Positions 19,777 through 28,590 of a stretch of 64,000 nt of DNA are shown here, in pieces (position 1 is the first letter of the stretch; each line of letters starts with the position of its first letter). The DNA is from Candidatus Parcubacteria bacterium. Its GTDB lineage: Bacteria; Patescibacteriota; Minisyncoccia; Minisyncoccales; JAGMDC01. A program made the position numbers and the translations under genes. The stretch is from the NCBI GenBank assembly GCA_023128895.1, contig JAGMDC010000003.1, positions 70,514-134,513 of the forward strand, in the 5' to 3' direction. The notes under the pieces were generated by a model. That model was not told the DNA's origin, made no database searches, and worked only from the letters and a program-made list of their open reading frames with translations.

Positions 19777-21039
19777 TTAAATTTTTATTCTTTTAATATC
19801 CGCGCCTAAACTTTGGAGTTTCTGTTCAAAATTTTCATATCCTCTGTCAATTTGATTAATATTATTCATAATTGTTTCTCCTTTTGCCAGCAAAGCCGCA
19901 ACAACAAGAGACGCGCCAGCCCTAATATCCCAACTTTCAATACTTAAACCGCACAGAGAAGTTTTTCCGAATATAATAGCCCTGTGCGGGTCAACAATTT
20001 CTATGTCAGCTCCCATTTTTCGCAATTCTTGAAGATAATTAAACCTTGATTCATACAAAGGATCGTGCACCAAACTCTTGCCCTGAGCTTGAGTCAAAAG
20101 CACGGAAGTAAAAGGCAGAAAATCAGTGGGAAACCCTGGATAGAAAAATGTTTGCACTCTTGCCGGCTTAAGATTTGGAGAATACCCGACTGTGATGGAA
20201 TTTTCCCCTTTCTTAAAATTAACTCCTATTTCTTCTAATTTGTCTAAAAACAAATCTAAATGGTCAAGGCGGATATTTTTAATATTTACTTCACCAGGAG
20301 TCACGCATCCGGCAGTAATAAAAGTTACAGTCACAATAGGGTCCGGAATTATTGTATGCTCTACTCCTTTCAAATCCTCCCTGCCCCTGATTGTAATAGT
20401 ATGACCTCCCAATCCATTAATTTCCACGCCCATCTTTTTCAGCATTTCTCCGACATCCTGCACTTGCGGTTCGCAAGCCGCTCCCTTTATAATCGTTTCG
20501 CCCGGAAGAAGCGATGCCGCAAGCATAACATTTTCAGTAGCAGTTACGCTAAACTCTTTTAAGACAATTTCTGTTGGCACCAAATTTTTTGCTTGAAAAA
20601 AATAAAAATCTCCCTGTTCTTTAATTTCCGCGCCTAATTTCTTTAATGCTTCCAAATGAGTTGTAATAGGCCTTAAACCGATTTTGTCGCCCCCTGGACG
20701 CGGAATTTTTAATGACCCAAACCTTGCGAGCAATGGCCCTATCAGTAAAACAGATAATCGTGTTTTCGCGAATTTCTCAAAATCAAGATTTTCCGGCTTG
20801 ACTTCTCTTGTGTTGATTCTTATTTTCTTTGTGTCCAAGCGCTCTATTTTCGCGCCCATATCTTTGAGAATATTTAATATCACAAAAACATCTTCTACCA
20901 GAGGAAGATTGTCAATAATCACATCTTCATTGGTTAAAAGCGAAGCGGTTAATACGGGACCGGCAGAATTTTTATATCCCTCAATTTCAACTTCGCCGTT
21001 CAACGGTTTTCCGCCCTGAATAATAAATTTCTCTGACAT
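19777..21039 (-). CDS. murA: UDP-N-acetylglucosamine 1-carboxyvinyltransferase
   Basis: GYKNS, PGGDKIGLRP, SVTATEN, YPGFPTD, DIRAGA, IDRGYE; start MSEKFII. Confidence 0.95.
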   Translation of the reverse strand: MSEKFIIQGGKPLNGEVEIEGYKNSAGPVLTASLLTNEDVIIDNLPLVEDVFVILNILKDMGAKIERLDTKKIRINTREVKPENLDFEKFAKTRLSVLLIGPLLARFGSLKIPRPGGDKIGLRPITTHLEALKKLGAEIKEQGDFYFFQAKNLVPTEIVLKEFSVTATENVMLAASLLPGETIIKGAACEPQVQDVGEMLKKMGVEINGLGGHTITIRGREDLKGVEHTIIPDPIVTVTFITAGCVTPGEVNIKNIRLDHLDLFLDKLEEIGVNFKKGENSITVGYSPNLKPARVQTFFYPGFPTDFLPFTSVLLTQAQGKSLVHDPLYESRFNYLQELRKMGADIEIVDPHRAIIFGKTSLCGLSIESWDIRAGASLVVAALLAKGETIMNNINQIDRGYENFEQKLQSLGADIKRIKI

Positions 21040-21069
21040 TGTGTTGCTATGAGAGTGTAGAACAATATC

Positions 21070-21099
21070 ATTATACCCCCAAAAATCCCCTCCTGTCAA
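21070..21099 (-). promoter_or_regulatory. sigma70 promoter for the murA-mreB-holB operon
   Basis: TTGACA-18 nt-TATAAT on the minus strand. Confidence 0.75.
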
Positions 21100-21137
21100 A
21101 TTTCGCGCGCTCATAAAAAAAAGCGGCTCAACGAGCC

Positions 21138-22304
21138 TTAATTTTTTATTTTATAAGTGGCGTATTCGAAAGGGAGCCATGGATTTGCATAAAGAAGCTT
21201 TGCTACAAACGAAAAGGAAGATATCCCTGAAAAATCAATCCCCTGCAAGGAACGACCCAATTTATTTAATTTTTCGTCTTCCAAAGCGCGAGCAAACTTC
21301 GTAAATTTATAGAGTTTATCAAACTCTTTCCCTGTCTTTTCCCAAAGAATTTTTTCGTACTCTCTCAATCCTTCAGCGCTTGTGTCTCCATTTTTAATAG
21401 CGTTATACGCGGTGCGCGCTGCAAAATTTCCCGACAGCATAGCATATCTTATACCGCCCCCTGTCAATGGATTAACTTCCCTCGCCGCGTCTCCTACAAG
21501 GAGAATGTTGTCCGCGCTATGCGCTTTTATAGACGCCCCTGGAATTTTTCCTGCAGATATGCCCATAATCCCGTATTTAGAAAAATTCGCGTTCACGAAC
21601 TTATCTAAATAACCAGCAATAATACTTCTGTCTGCATCAAACATACCTATCCCAACATTTGCGAGACCGTTTCCTTTTGGAAAAATCCAAACATATCCTC
21701 CGCCTGGCGTATATTTATTGCCTATATAAATCTTTGCGCGGTCTAAATCCTTTAACTCTAAGGAATATAAAAGATATTGTTGGCAATATATCCAATCGGC
21801 GTTATCTATTCCAACGTTTATCCCGGCTAATCGTCCTATGTTTGAGTTTGGGCCATCTGCTGCAATCACTACATTAGCAAAAAGAGAAAATTTCTCACCA
21901 GAATGTAAAATCTCAAGTTTGGCTTTTCCATTCTCTTTTGCAAATCCTTTCGCTTTAGCGCGCATCAAAATATCAGCGCCAGCATCCATTGCTCTCGTTG
22001 CCAAATGTCTCTCAAAAAGCGGCCTGTCTAAAATATAAGCTCTGTCGTTAACAGAAGCATTAGTTCCGTCAGGGAAAAAGACGTCAAGACCTTTTATTTC
22101 CGTGGATACATATTTTTTATCCACTGGTCCTAAAATTTCTTCAATGTGCCTTTGTCCCACTCCTTCCGCGCAATTGGAGGAATATCCTATACTCCTTTGC
22201 TGCTCCACTAATAAAACATTCAAACCTATTTCAGCTGCTATTTTCGCAGCCCAGGACCCGCCGGGTCCAGCCCCAACAACTATCACATCATATTCTTTTT
22301 CCAT
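21138..22304 (-). CDS. geranylgeranyl reductase family flavoprotein (archaeal digeranylgeranylglycerophospholipid reductase-like)
   Basis: YDVIVVGAGPGGS, IG...CAEGVG, LDRPLFE, IAADG, PGGGYVWIFPKG...ANVGIG, LVGDAAREVNPLTGGGI. Confidence 0.88.
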   Translation of the reverse strand: MEKEYDVIVVGAGPGGSWAAKIAAEIGLNVLLVEQQRSIGYSSNCAEGVGQRHIEEILGPVDKKYVSTEIKGLDVFFPDGTNASVNDRAYILDRPLFERHLATRAMDAGADILMRAKAKGFAKENGKAKLEILHSGEKFSLFANVVIAADGPNSNIGRLAGINVGIDNADWIYCQQYLLYSLELKDLDRAKIYIGNKYTPGGGYVWIFPKGNGLANVGIGMFDADRSIIAGYLDKFVNANFSKYGIMGISAGKIPGASIKAHSADNILLVGDAAREVNPLTGGGIRYAMLSGNFAARTAYNAIKNGDTSAEGLREYEKILWEKTGKEFDKLYKFTKFARALEDEKLNKLGRSLQGIDFSGISSFSFVAKLLYANPWLPFEYATYKIKN

Positions 22305-22340
22305 TTTCTATCCTCTCCTGTTTTTTTATATATTCAAAAT

Positions 22341-22409
22341 CTTATGTGCCGATGGCTTCCTATTTTCGCCATCAAGCAAATATTAACACTTTTCTTTCCT
22401 GTTTGTCAA
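22341..22409 (-). promoter_or_regulatory. promoter plus 5' leader hairpin, copy 1
   Basis: TTGACA-18-TAATAT then TGCTTGATGGC-loop-GCCATCGGCA CATAAG; near-identical to 23238-23304. Confidence 0.8.
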
Positions 22410-22555
22410 TTTTTTTTTACAACAAGCGGCATAAAAAAAAATGCCTAATCGTGTCAGCTAAATTTCAGCCAAACACTAATTAAACAAATGTTTGCGATTA
22501 TGGCGCTAATGCCCCTTAACCCACTTTATAACTTCTTTCATTTGTTTTATCCCCT

Positions 22556-23200
22556 CTATATCGCCCGTATCCTCAAAAAAATATCCAATGCCAGTTCTCC
22601 ATAAATCCCAGCATAGTGTTTTTCTCCCAATTCTTTGTAACACTCTGATATTCCGGCATAAGTCAACGCCTCACCTCTCTCGTCGCCTACTTTCTTACGA
22701 GCAGCCAATGCCATTTCGTAGAGCAAAATCGCTCTCTCCGCACTCCCTTTCACTTGCTCAATATACGCAACACTCTGCATCATATTTCCGACATCCTTAT
22801 CACTCGCCGCATGGTCACTCTCACTCATCGCTTTCAAAAGCGCCATTTTCGTTGCTTCTACCTCTTCGTCCGAAATCGGAATATTACCATAGACTTTGCA
22901 GATAAACATCTCAAACCACGTATAAGCAAGTTGAATTGGATCATCATTCCTGTACCCAGCCGCGTGTTGCAAACTTTCAACCGCATACTCGTATTTGCCC
23001 ATTGCCCGAAGTATTCTACCTTCACAATGGCAAATCAATCCTTTTAATATTCTTGATTTGCTTTCGGGTAAAAAATCTGCTTGGTCCCATGCTTCCCTCA
23101 ATGCTTGTAACGCCGCATTGTTATTGCCTTTCTCTGAAAGCCCATTTGCTCTATCAATCATTTTCTTTATTTCTTTTCTATCCATTTTTTTCTTTTTCAC
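22556..23200 (-). CDS. tetratricopeptide-repeat protein
   Basis: TPR-like helices (GRILRAMGKYEYAVESLQHA; GDERGEALTYAGISECYKELG); C-terminus possibly frameshifted. Confidence 0.8.
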   Translation of the reverse strand: MKKKKMDRKEIKKMIDRANGLSEKGNNNAALQALREAWDQADFLPESKSRILKGLICHCEGRILRAMGKYEYAVESLQHAAGYRNDDPIQLAYTWFEMFICKVYGNIPISDEEVEATKMALLKAMSESDHAASDKDVGNMMQSVAYIEQVKGSAERAILLYEMALAARKKVGDERGEALTYAGISECYKELGEKHYAGIYGELALDIFLRIRAI

Positions 23201-23237
23201 TTCCTGTTCTTTTTATTATTTATCTATTATTCATATC

Positions 23238-23304
23238 CTTATGTGCCGATGGCCTCTTTTTTCGCCATCAAGCAAACGTTAACACTTTATTTTTTATTTG
23301 TCAA
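23238..23304 (-). promoter_or_regulatory. promoter plus 5' leader hairpin, copy 2
   Basis: TTGACA-17-TAACGT (the -35 is the Leu-Thr codons of the upstream gene) then the same GATGGC/GCCATC hairpin. Confidence 0.8.
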
Positions 23305-24717
23305 ATCAGAATGTTTGACAAGGACTTTTTTCTCGAAATATTGTAAAAGATATGGGAGTTTATCGCGCGGACGCAGTTTATCGCGCGAGCGCTGTTCAGC
23401 GATTTTCCAACTCAGATAAAACGCTGTAATACATTCTTTCTTTGTTCCAACGCACTCCAACGGCTTTACTTTCTTCTCCCCTATCAATTCCTTCATAATC
23501 GGCAATAATTCTTTTTTCTCAAAAAGGTTTTCGTGAAAAATTATGAGCAGTTCTTTCTCTTTTAAAAACGGATATAAAATTGAAAATACAAACAAACATT
23601 TGGAACAATTGTTGCACCACTTTCCTAACGGCTTTCTTGTTCCTGAATGAGTTTTTCGCGCTTCATTGCAGCTCAAAAATACGGAAAAATATCGCGAAAA
23701 TTTGGAAAACATTTTAGCGATTTGTATTTCGTCAAACTTTCTTAAAAAATTAAAATAATTAATGTCTTTTGTTAGATATTTTTTAATATAATTTTTGAAT
23801 TTTTTTTCAAAATCCGCGGTTTTTGAATACTGGTGATTGATAATTTTCCCTAAATATTCTACATTGCCTTCGTTAGCGCTTTTCTCGCACGACATTGCCA
23901 CATTTTCATATCCAAACAGCGCGGCGCAGAAAACAGCCAAATTAGAAACAATAGCAGTTATAGGAGTATGGCCGTTAAGAAACTCTTTTTGAATTAGTTT
24001 TATTAAAGCAGGGTCAATTTTCCGCTTTATAATTATAGGATTTTTAATGCCGGCGATTTTGAAAATCTTAAAATGCTCTTTTGTAGGATTTAAAACAAAA
24101 CAATTTAATTGTTTCACGGACAACTCGCTTTTCAATGTTTCCAATGTTGTGATAGAATCCTTGCCCTCGCCCATTGGAATCAGCACCTTGCCATTTATAG
24201 CTTGCGGAGGCCGGGTCTCCACACCAATTCCATTGGCGTGGGGGCGGGCCTCCGTCAATTTTGCGGAGGTCGGGTTTCCTTTTGCTTTGCCTGTTGAAAC
24301 AATTTTTAAAAAATTTGGCTGTTTGAAATCAATTTTATTCTCATAAAAGAACTGCCCCATTCCATTCAATATAAAGTCCTCCCACCATTTGATTTGCGCT
24401 TTATTAAGATACCCTGCTCTGATTTCTATTTTTGGCGAACAAGTCGTTTTCCAATAACTTGGAATTTCCATCATTCCAATATGGAAAACAAAATTATCAA
24501 ACGCGCTCTCCCCTATTTTTTCTTTTATTCTCTTAATTTGTTTTTGATTCACATTCTCAATCAAAATTCTCGGCTTAAATTCAATACTACGAGAACGGTT
24601 CTCGTAGTGTTGAATTTTAAAATCAAAAAACAATTCCAAATTATTTTTAGATATTTTGCAGGAATAATCCTGATAAACAAACTTTGGATATTTTTTCCTT
24701 AAATCCTTTGCTTTCAT
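23287..24717 (-). CDS. murL: MurL-like UDP-MurNAc-L-Ala-L-Glu epimerase
   Basis: SYWK, GMGQFFYEN, GEGKDS, LNGHTP, NHQYSK, FLSCN, WCNNCSKC, KPLECVG. Confidence 0.8.
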   Translation of the reverse strand: MKAKDLRKKYPKFVYQDYSCKISKNNLELFFDFKIQHYENRSRSIEFKPRILIENVNQKQIKRIKEKIGESAFDNFVFHIGMMEIPSYWKTTCSPKIEIRAGYLNKAQIKWWEDFILNGMGQFFYENKIDFKQPNFLKIVSTGKAKGNPTSAKLTEARPHANGIGVETRPPQAINGKVLIPMGEGKDSITTLETLKSELSVKQLNCFVLNPTKEHFKIFKIAGIKNPIIIKRKIDPALIKLIQKEFLNGHTPITAIVSNLAVFCAALFGYENVAMSCEKSANEGNVEYLGKIINHQYSKTADFEKKFKNYIKKYLTKDINYFNFLRKFDEIQIAKMFSKFSRYFSVFLSCNEARKTHSGTRKPLGKWCNNCSKCLFVFSILYPFLKEKELLIIFHENLFEKKELLPIMKELIGEKKVKPLECVGTKKECITAFYLSWKIAEQRSRDKLRPRDKLPYLLQYFEKKVLVKHSDLTNKK

Positions 24718-24801
24718 ATACTTCATTATTGCTAAAAACCCTGAAAAAAGCAAAAAAAAATAACTGGGTTGAATTTTAACTCAGCTTGATTTTTTTTAAT
24801 T

Positions 24802-25203
24802 TCATTGCATCTTTTGAACATCTATCATTTTATTGGAACAGCGCTTACAGCGTGACTTAGTGGTTATTTGGTAAATTGTCCCTATCTCCCATTCATTGAA
24901 TTTCGAAGAGCCTATCGTTATAGAAAAACCATTCTCGAAAACAATGATGTGTCTGAGTGTGAATATTCTAATTTCAACCACTTTCCCGATATATCTTTTT
25001 TTCTCTGAAGACCATCTATGTTCCTTTGGTATTTCAACTATTATAGTTTCTACAACACTTTGATTAACTGGCTCCTTGACTTTAATATCTTTGCACGTAA
25101 CGATTACTGGTTGTTCCTCGTATCTTACTGATGTTGCTATCAACCCAAATAAAAACGCTGCTGCAATCACAACAAATATCACATTTCTTGTTCTTTCCCT
25201 CAT
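24802..25203 (-). CDS. hypothetical membrane-anchored protein
   Basis: N-terminal TM, C-terminal CKRC; own promoter (TTGACT-17-TAAAAG) and SD AGGAGGT. Confidence 0.75.
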   Translation of the reverse strand: MRERTRNVIFVVIAAAFLFGLIATSVRYEEQPVIVTCKDIKVKEPVNQSVVETIIVEIPKEHRWSSEKKRYIGKVVEIRIFTLRHIIVFENGFSITIGSSKFNEWEIGTIYQITTKSRCKRCSNKMIDVQKMQ

Positions 25204-25299
25204 GCCTTTCTACCTCCTATTTTTTTTTAAATTTGATGAAAATTTTCTTTTTCTCATCTCTGTCTTTCTTTTAACAAATCTTTAAGGATTAGTCAATGA

Positions 25300-26400
25300 T
25301 TATAACCCTTCTTCGGAAAGTTGTTTGAGCAGGTCCTTTTGCTTTCTGGAAAGATGCTTTGGAATATCAACATCTAATTTTACATAAAGGTGGCCCCTGC
25401 CAAATCCGGAAAAATGCGGAATTCCTTTTCTGGAAATTCTCAATATCTTGCCTGACTGAGTAGCGCTCGGAACTTTTAATAAAATTTTAGTGCCATCCAA
25501 ATTAGAAATTTCTATCTCGCTTCCCAGAGCTGCCCGCGAAAAAGAAACTGGGACTGAAATATGCAAGTCGTCGCCTGTTCTCTTAAACACAGGATGCTTC
25601 TTGACAAAAATGCGGACATATATATTTCCTGACTCGCCTCCCCTAATTCCAGCATCGCCTTTGCCTTCAATTTTTATTACTTGATTGCTATCAACTCCTG
25701 CCGGGATAAAAATTTTAATTTTTTCTTCGCCCTGTACTCTTCCCTCGCCTTTGCAGACATTGCAGGGTTTTTCCGGTTTTGTTCCTTCGCCTTTACACTC
25801 CGGACAAATAGTATAATGCGTTATAGAGCCAAGAAATGTTCTTTTAATCTGCTGAACCTGTCCCGTTCCCCTGCAGGAAAAACACTCTTTTACAGCAGTA
25901 CCCGGCTCCGCGCCTGTCCCTTTGCATCTGGAGCAGGTATTCATTTTATAAAGTTTGATTTCGCGCGCCTGATTTTTTAACACTGCTTCCAAAGGAAGTT
26001 CTATGTCTATTTGAATATTATCCCCTCTTTTAATATCTGTTTTTCGCTCAGCCCTGCCAAACCCATGACCAAAAAACTCTCCAAATATATCTCCCATATC
26101 TCCAAATCCAAATTCCGCTCCCTGCCCGAATTTATCTCTCATCGCTTCAAAATCAAATCCGCCAGCGCCGAAACCGGGACCTCCTTGCGCGCCGCCTTCA
26201 AATACCCTGCCAAATTTGTCATATTGCTCTCTCTTGCTTTTATCAGAAAGAATTTGATAAGCTTCGTTTATCTCCTTAAATTTTTTTTCGTCGCCGCCTT
26301 TGTCTGGATGGTATTTATGGGCAAGCTTCCTATATGCTTTTTTTATATCCTGTTCTGTGGCATTCTTCGCCACCCCCAGGATTTGATAATAATCAGCCAT
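25300..26400 (-). CDS. dnaJ: chaperone DnaJ
   Basis: J-domain HPD, G/F region, four CxxCxGxG repeats. Confidence 0.98.
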   Translation of the reverse strand: MADYYQILGVAKNATEQDIKKAYRKLAHKYHPDKGGDEKKFKEINEAYQILSDKSKREQYDKFGRVFEGGAQGGPGFGAGGFDFEAMRDKFGQGAEFGFGDMGDIFGEFFGHGFGRAERKTDIKRGDNIQIDIELPLEAVLKNQAREIKLYKMNTCSRCKGTGAEPGTAVKECFSCRGTGQVQQIKRTFLGSITHYTICPECKGEGTKPEKPCNVCKGEGRVQGEEKIKIFIPAGVDSNQVIKIEGKGDAGIRGGESGNIYVRIFVKKHPVFKRTGDDLHISVPVSFSRAALGSEIEISNLDGTKILLKVPSATQSGKILRISRKGIPHFSGFGRGHLYVKLDVDIPKHLSRKQKDLLKQLSEEGL

Positions 26401-26413
26401 AAATAAAAAAATG

Positions 26414-26585
26414 ATGAGCGAGGCAACAAGCCCTCAATGGCAAACATCGGAGGCGCCTGAGCATGGTCCGAGCCCCCACACCTAATTTAGGTGTGGGGGC
26501 TCGGTCAGGCGCTGAGATATTAGACCCCAAAATCCCGCTGGGATTTTGAGGGTCGGTGCCTTGAGGACTTCGTTGCCGAGCGAAT
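26414..26585. repeat. ~170-bp branched palindromic repeat, copy 1 (dnaK-dnaJ spacer)
   Basis: High identity to 37416-37588 and 40635-40802; terminal inverted arms. Confidence 0.92.
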
Positions 26586-26595
26586 TATTTATGAA

Positions 26596-28491
26596 TTACT
26601 TCTCCTTATATTCGCCTTCTTCCGCGGTTTTGTCGTCAGTTTGTTTGTCGTCTTTATTTTCTCCTTCCTGCGGAGGAGTTTGCTGCTGCGTTTGCTGATA
26701 CATTTGCGCCCCTACTTTCTGAATTGCTTGGGACAATTCTTCTGTCTTTTGTTTAATTTCTTCTATGCTATCGCTATCTTTTACTTTCCTTAACGCTTCT
26801 ATTTTTTCTTCTATCTCTTTTTTTGTTTCTGCTGAAACCTTGTCTCCAGCGTCTTTCAGGGTCTTTTTTGTTGTGTATATCAAACTATCCGCCAAATTTT
26901 TTGCTTCAATTGTTTCTTTCTTTTTCCTGTCTTCTTCAGCGTGCAATTCCGCGTCTTTTTTCATTTTATCCACTTCTTCGTCTGACACGCCGCAAGAACC
27001 CTCAATCCTTATTGATTGGGTTTTCCCGCTCGCTTTATCTTTCGCTGAAACATTTAAAATTCCGTTCGCGTCAATGTCAAAACTCACTTCTATTTGAGGC
27101 ACGCCGCGCGGCGCGGGCGGAATTCCGTCTAAAATAAATCTGCCCAATGTCTTATTATCCGCGGAACTCGGCCTCTCGCCCTGCAAAATATGAATTTCCA
27201 CTGAGGGCTGATTGTCAGCAGCAGTTGAAAAAACCTGCGTCTTGGAAGTTGGAATAGTTGTATTTTTTGAAATCAAAATAGTGTTAACCTGTCCCATTGT
27301 TTCAATACCCAAAGACAACGGCGTTACATCTAAAAGCAAAACATCTTTTACTTCCCCTTGTAATATGCCCGCCTGGACCGCGGCGCCCATTGCGACAACT
27401 TCGTCAGGATTAATGCCTTTATGCGGCTCTTTGCCGAATAAATTTTTAATTTCTTCCTGTATTTTCGGCATTCTTGTCTGGCCTCCTACCAACACTATCT
27501 CGTGGATATCTTTTATTTCCATACCAGCGTCCTTTAATGTTTGTTTTGTTAATTCAATTGACCTGTCAACATATTCTTTGACTAATTCTTCAAACTCCGC
27601 GCGCGTTAATTTATAAAGAAGATGCTTGGGTCCGGAACTATCAGAAGTCACAAATGGAATATTAATTTCTGTCTCTAATGTAGTGGACAATTCAACTTTG
27701 GCTTTCTCCGCCGCTTCTTTTAGCCGCTGTAAAGCCAATTGGTCTTGCGATAAATCAATTCCCTGATCTTGCTTAAATTTATCCACCAGCCATGTAATAA
27801 TTTTTTGGTCAAAATCATCTCCCCCTAAATGAGTGTCTCCGCCAGTAGATTTCACTTCCACTGTATCCTCACTCACATCCAAAACAGAAACATCAAATGT
27901 TCCTCCGCCAAAGTCATATACAATAATGTTTTTCTCTCCCTGCTTTGTTAAGCCGTAAGCCAGCGCCGCGGCAGTTGGCTCGTTAATTATTCTTTTCACT
28001 GTAAATCCAGCTACCTCGCCCGCGACTTTTGTCGCCTTTCTCTGTGAATCGTCAAAATAAGCGGGACAAGTGATAATCGCTTCTGTGATTTTTTCGCCTA
28101 ATTTCTCTTCCGCGTCTGCTTTCAATTTCTGCAAAAACATTGCTGAAATTTCCAATGGCTTGTACCATTTATCTCCCATTTTTACTTCCACTCCCCCATC
28201 AGACGCCTCTTTTAATTCATAAGGGAGAAGTTTTTTGTCCTTTTGAATTTCTAAATCAGAAAACCGGCGGCCTACCAGCCGTTTAACAGAAAAAATAGTA
28301 TTTTGGGAATTAGTTATCTGCTGTCTTTTTGCCAAAATACCTGCTAATCTCTCATTATTTTTGCCCAACGCAACAACAGAAGGCGTGGTACGCGCACCCT
28401 CTTTATTTTCAATAATTTTCGGCTCCCCTGCCTCAACAACGGCCATTGCCGAATAAGTTGTTCCTAAATCAATACCTAATATCTTTGACAT
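26596..28491 (-). CDS. dnaK: chaperone DnaK
   Basis: [44 protein letters not shown]. Confidence 0.98.
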   Translation of the reverse strand: MSKILGIDLGTTYSAMAVVEAGEPKIIENKEGARTTPSVVALGKNNERLAGILAKRQQITNSQNTIFSVKRLVGRRFSDLEIQKDKKLLPYELKEASDGGVEVKMGDKWYKPLEISAMFLQKLKADAEEKLGEKITEAIITCPAYFDDSQRKATKVAGEVAGFTVKRIINEPTAAALAYGLTKQGEKNIIVYDFGGGTFDVSVLDVSEDTVEVKSTGGDTHLGGDDFDQKIITWLVDKFKQDQGIDLSQDQLALQRLKEAAEKAKVELSTTLETEINIPFVTSDSSGPKHLLYKLTRAEFEELVKEYVDRSIELTKQTLKDAGMEIKDIHEIVLVGGQTRMPKIQEEIKNLFGKEPHKGINPDEVVAMGAAVQAGILQGEVKDVLLLDVTPLSLGIETMGQVNTILISKNTTIPTSKTQVFSTAADNQPSVEIHILQGERPSSADNKTLGRFILDGIPPAPRGVPQIEVSFDIDANGILNVSAKDKASGKTQSIRIEGSCGVSDEEVDKMKKDAELHAEEDRKKKETIEAKNLADSLIYTTKKTLKDAGDKVSAETKKEIEEKIEALRKVKDSDSIEEIKQKTEELSQAIQKVGAQMYQQTQQQTPPQEGENKDDKQTDDKTAEEGEYKEK

Positions 28492-28590
28492 ATTTGTGAT
28501 TAAATACCACCCCTAAACAGACAGCATAGAGATGGTTTTCTATACATTATATATTATACATTATACATTATACAAAATAGCGCGTAAAAA

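Noticed and set aside
26414-26585. Hairpin or hammerhead ribozyme identity for the 170-bp repeat (AAACA and ATATTA resemble hairpin-ribozyme loop B)
   Set aside because: No loop A AGAA/NGUC pairing in the right topology and no CUGAUGA/GAAA core; left as unknown
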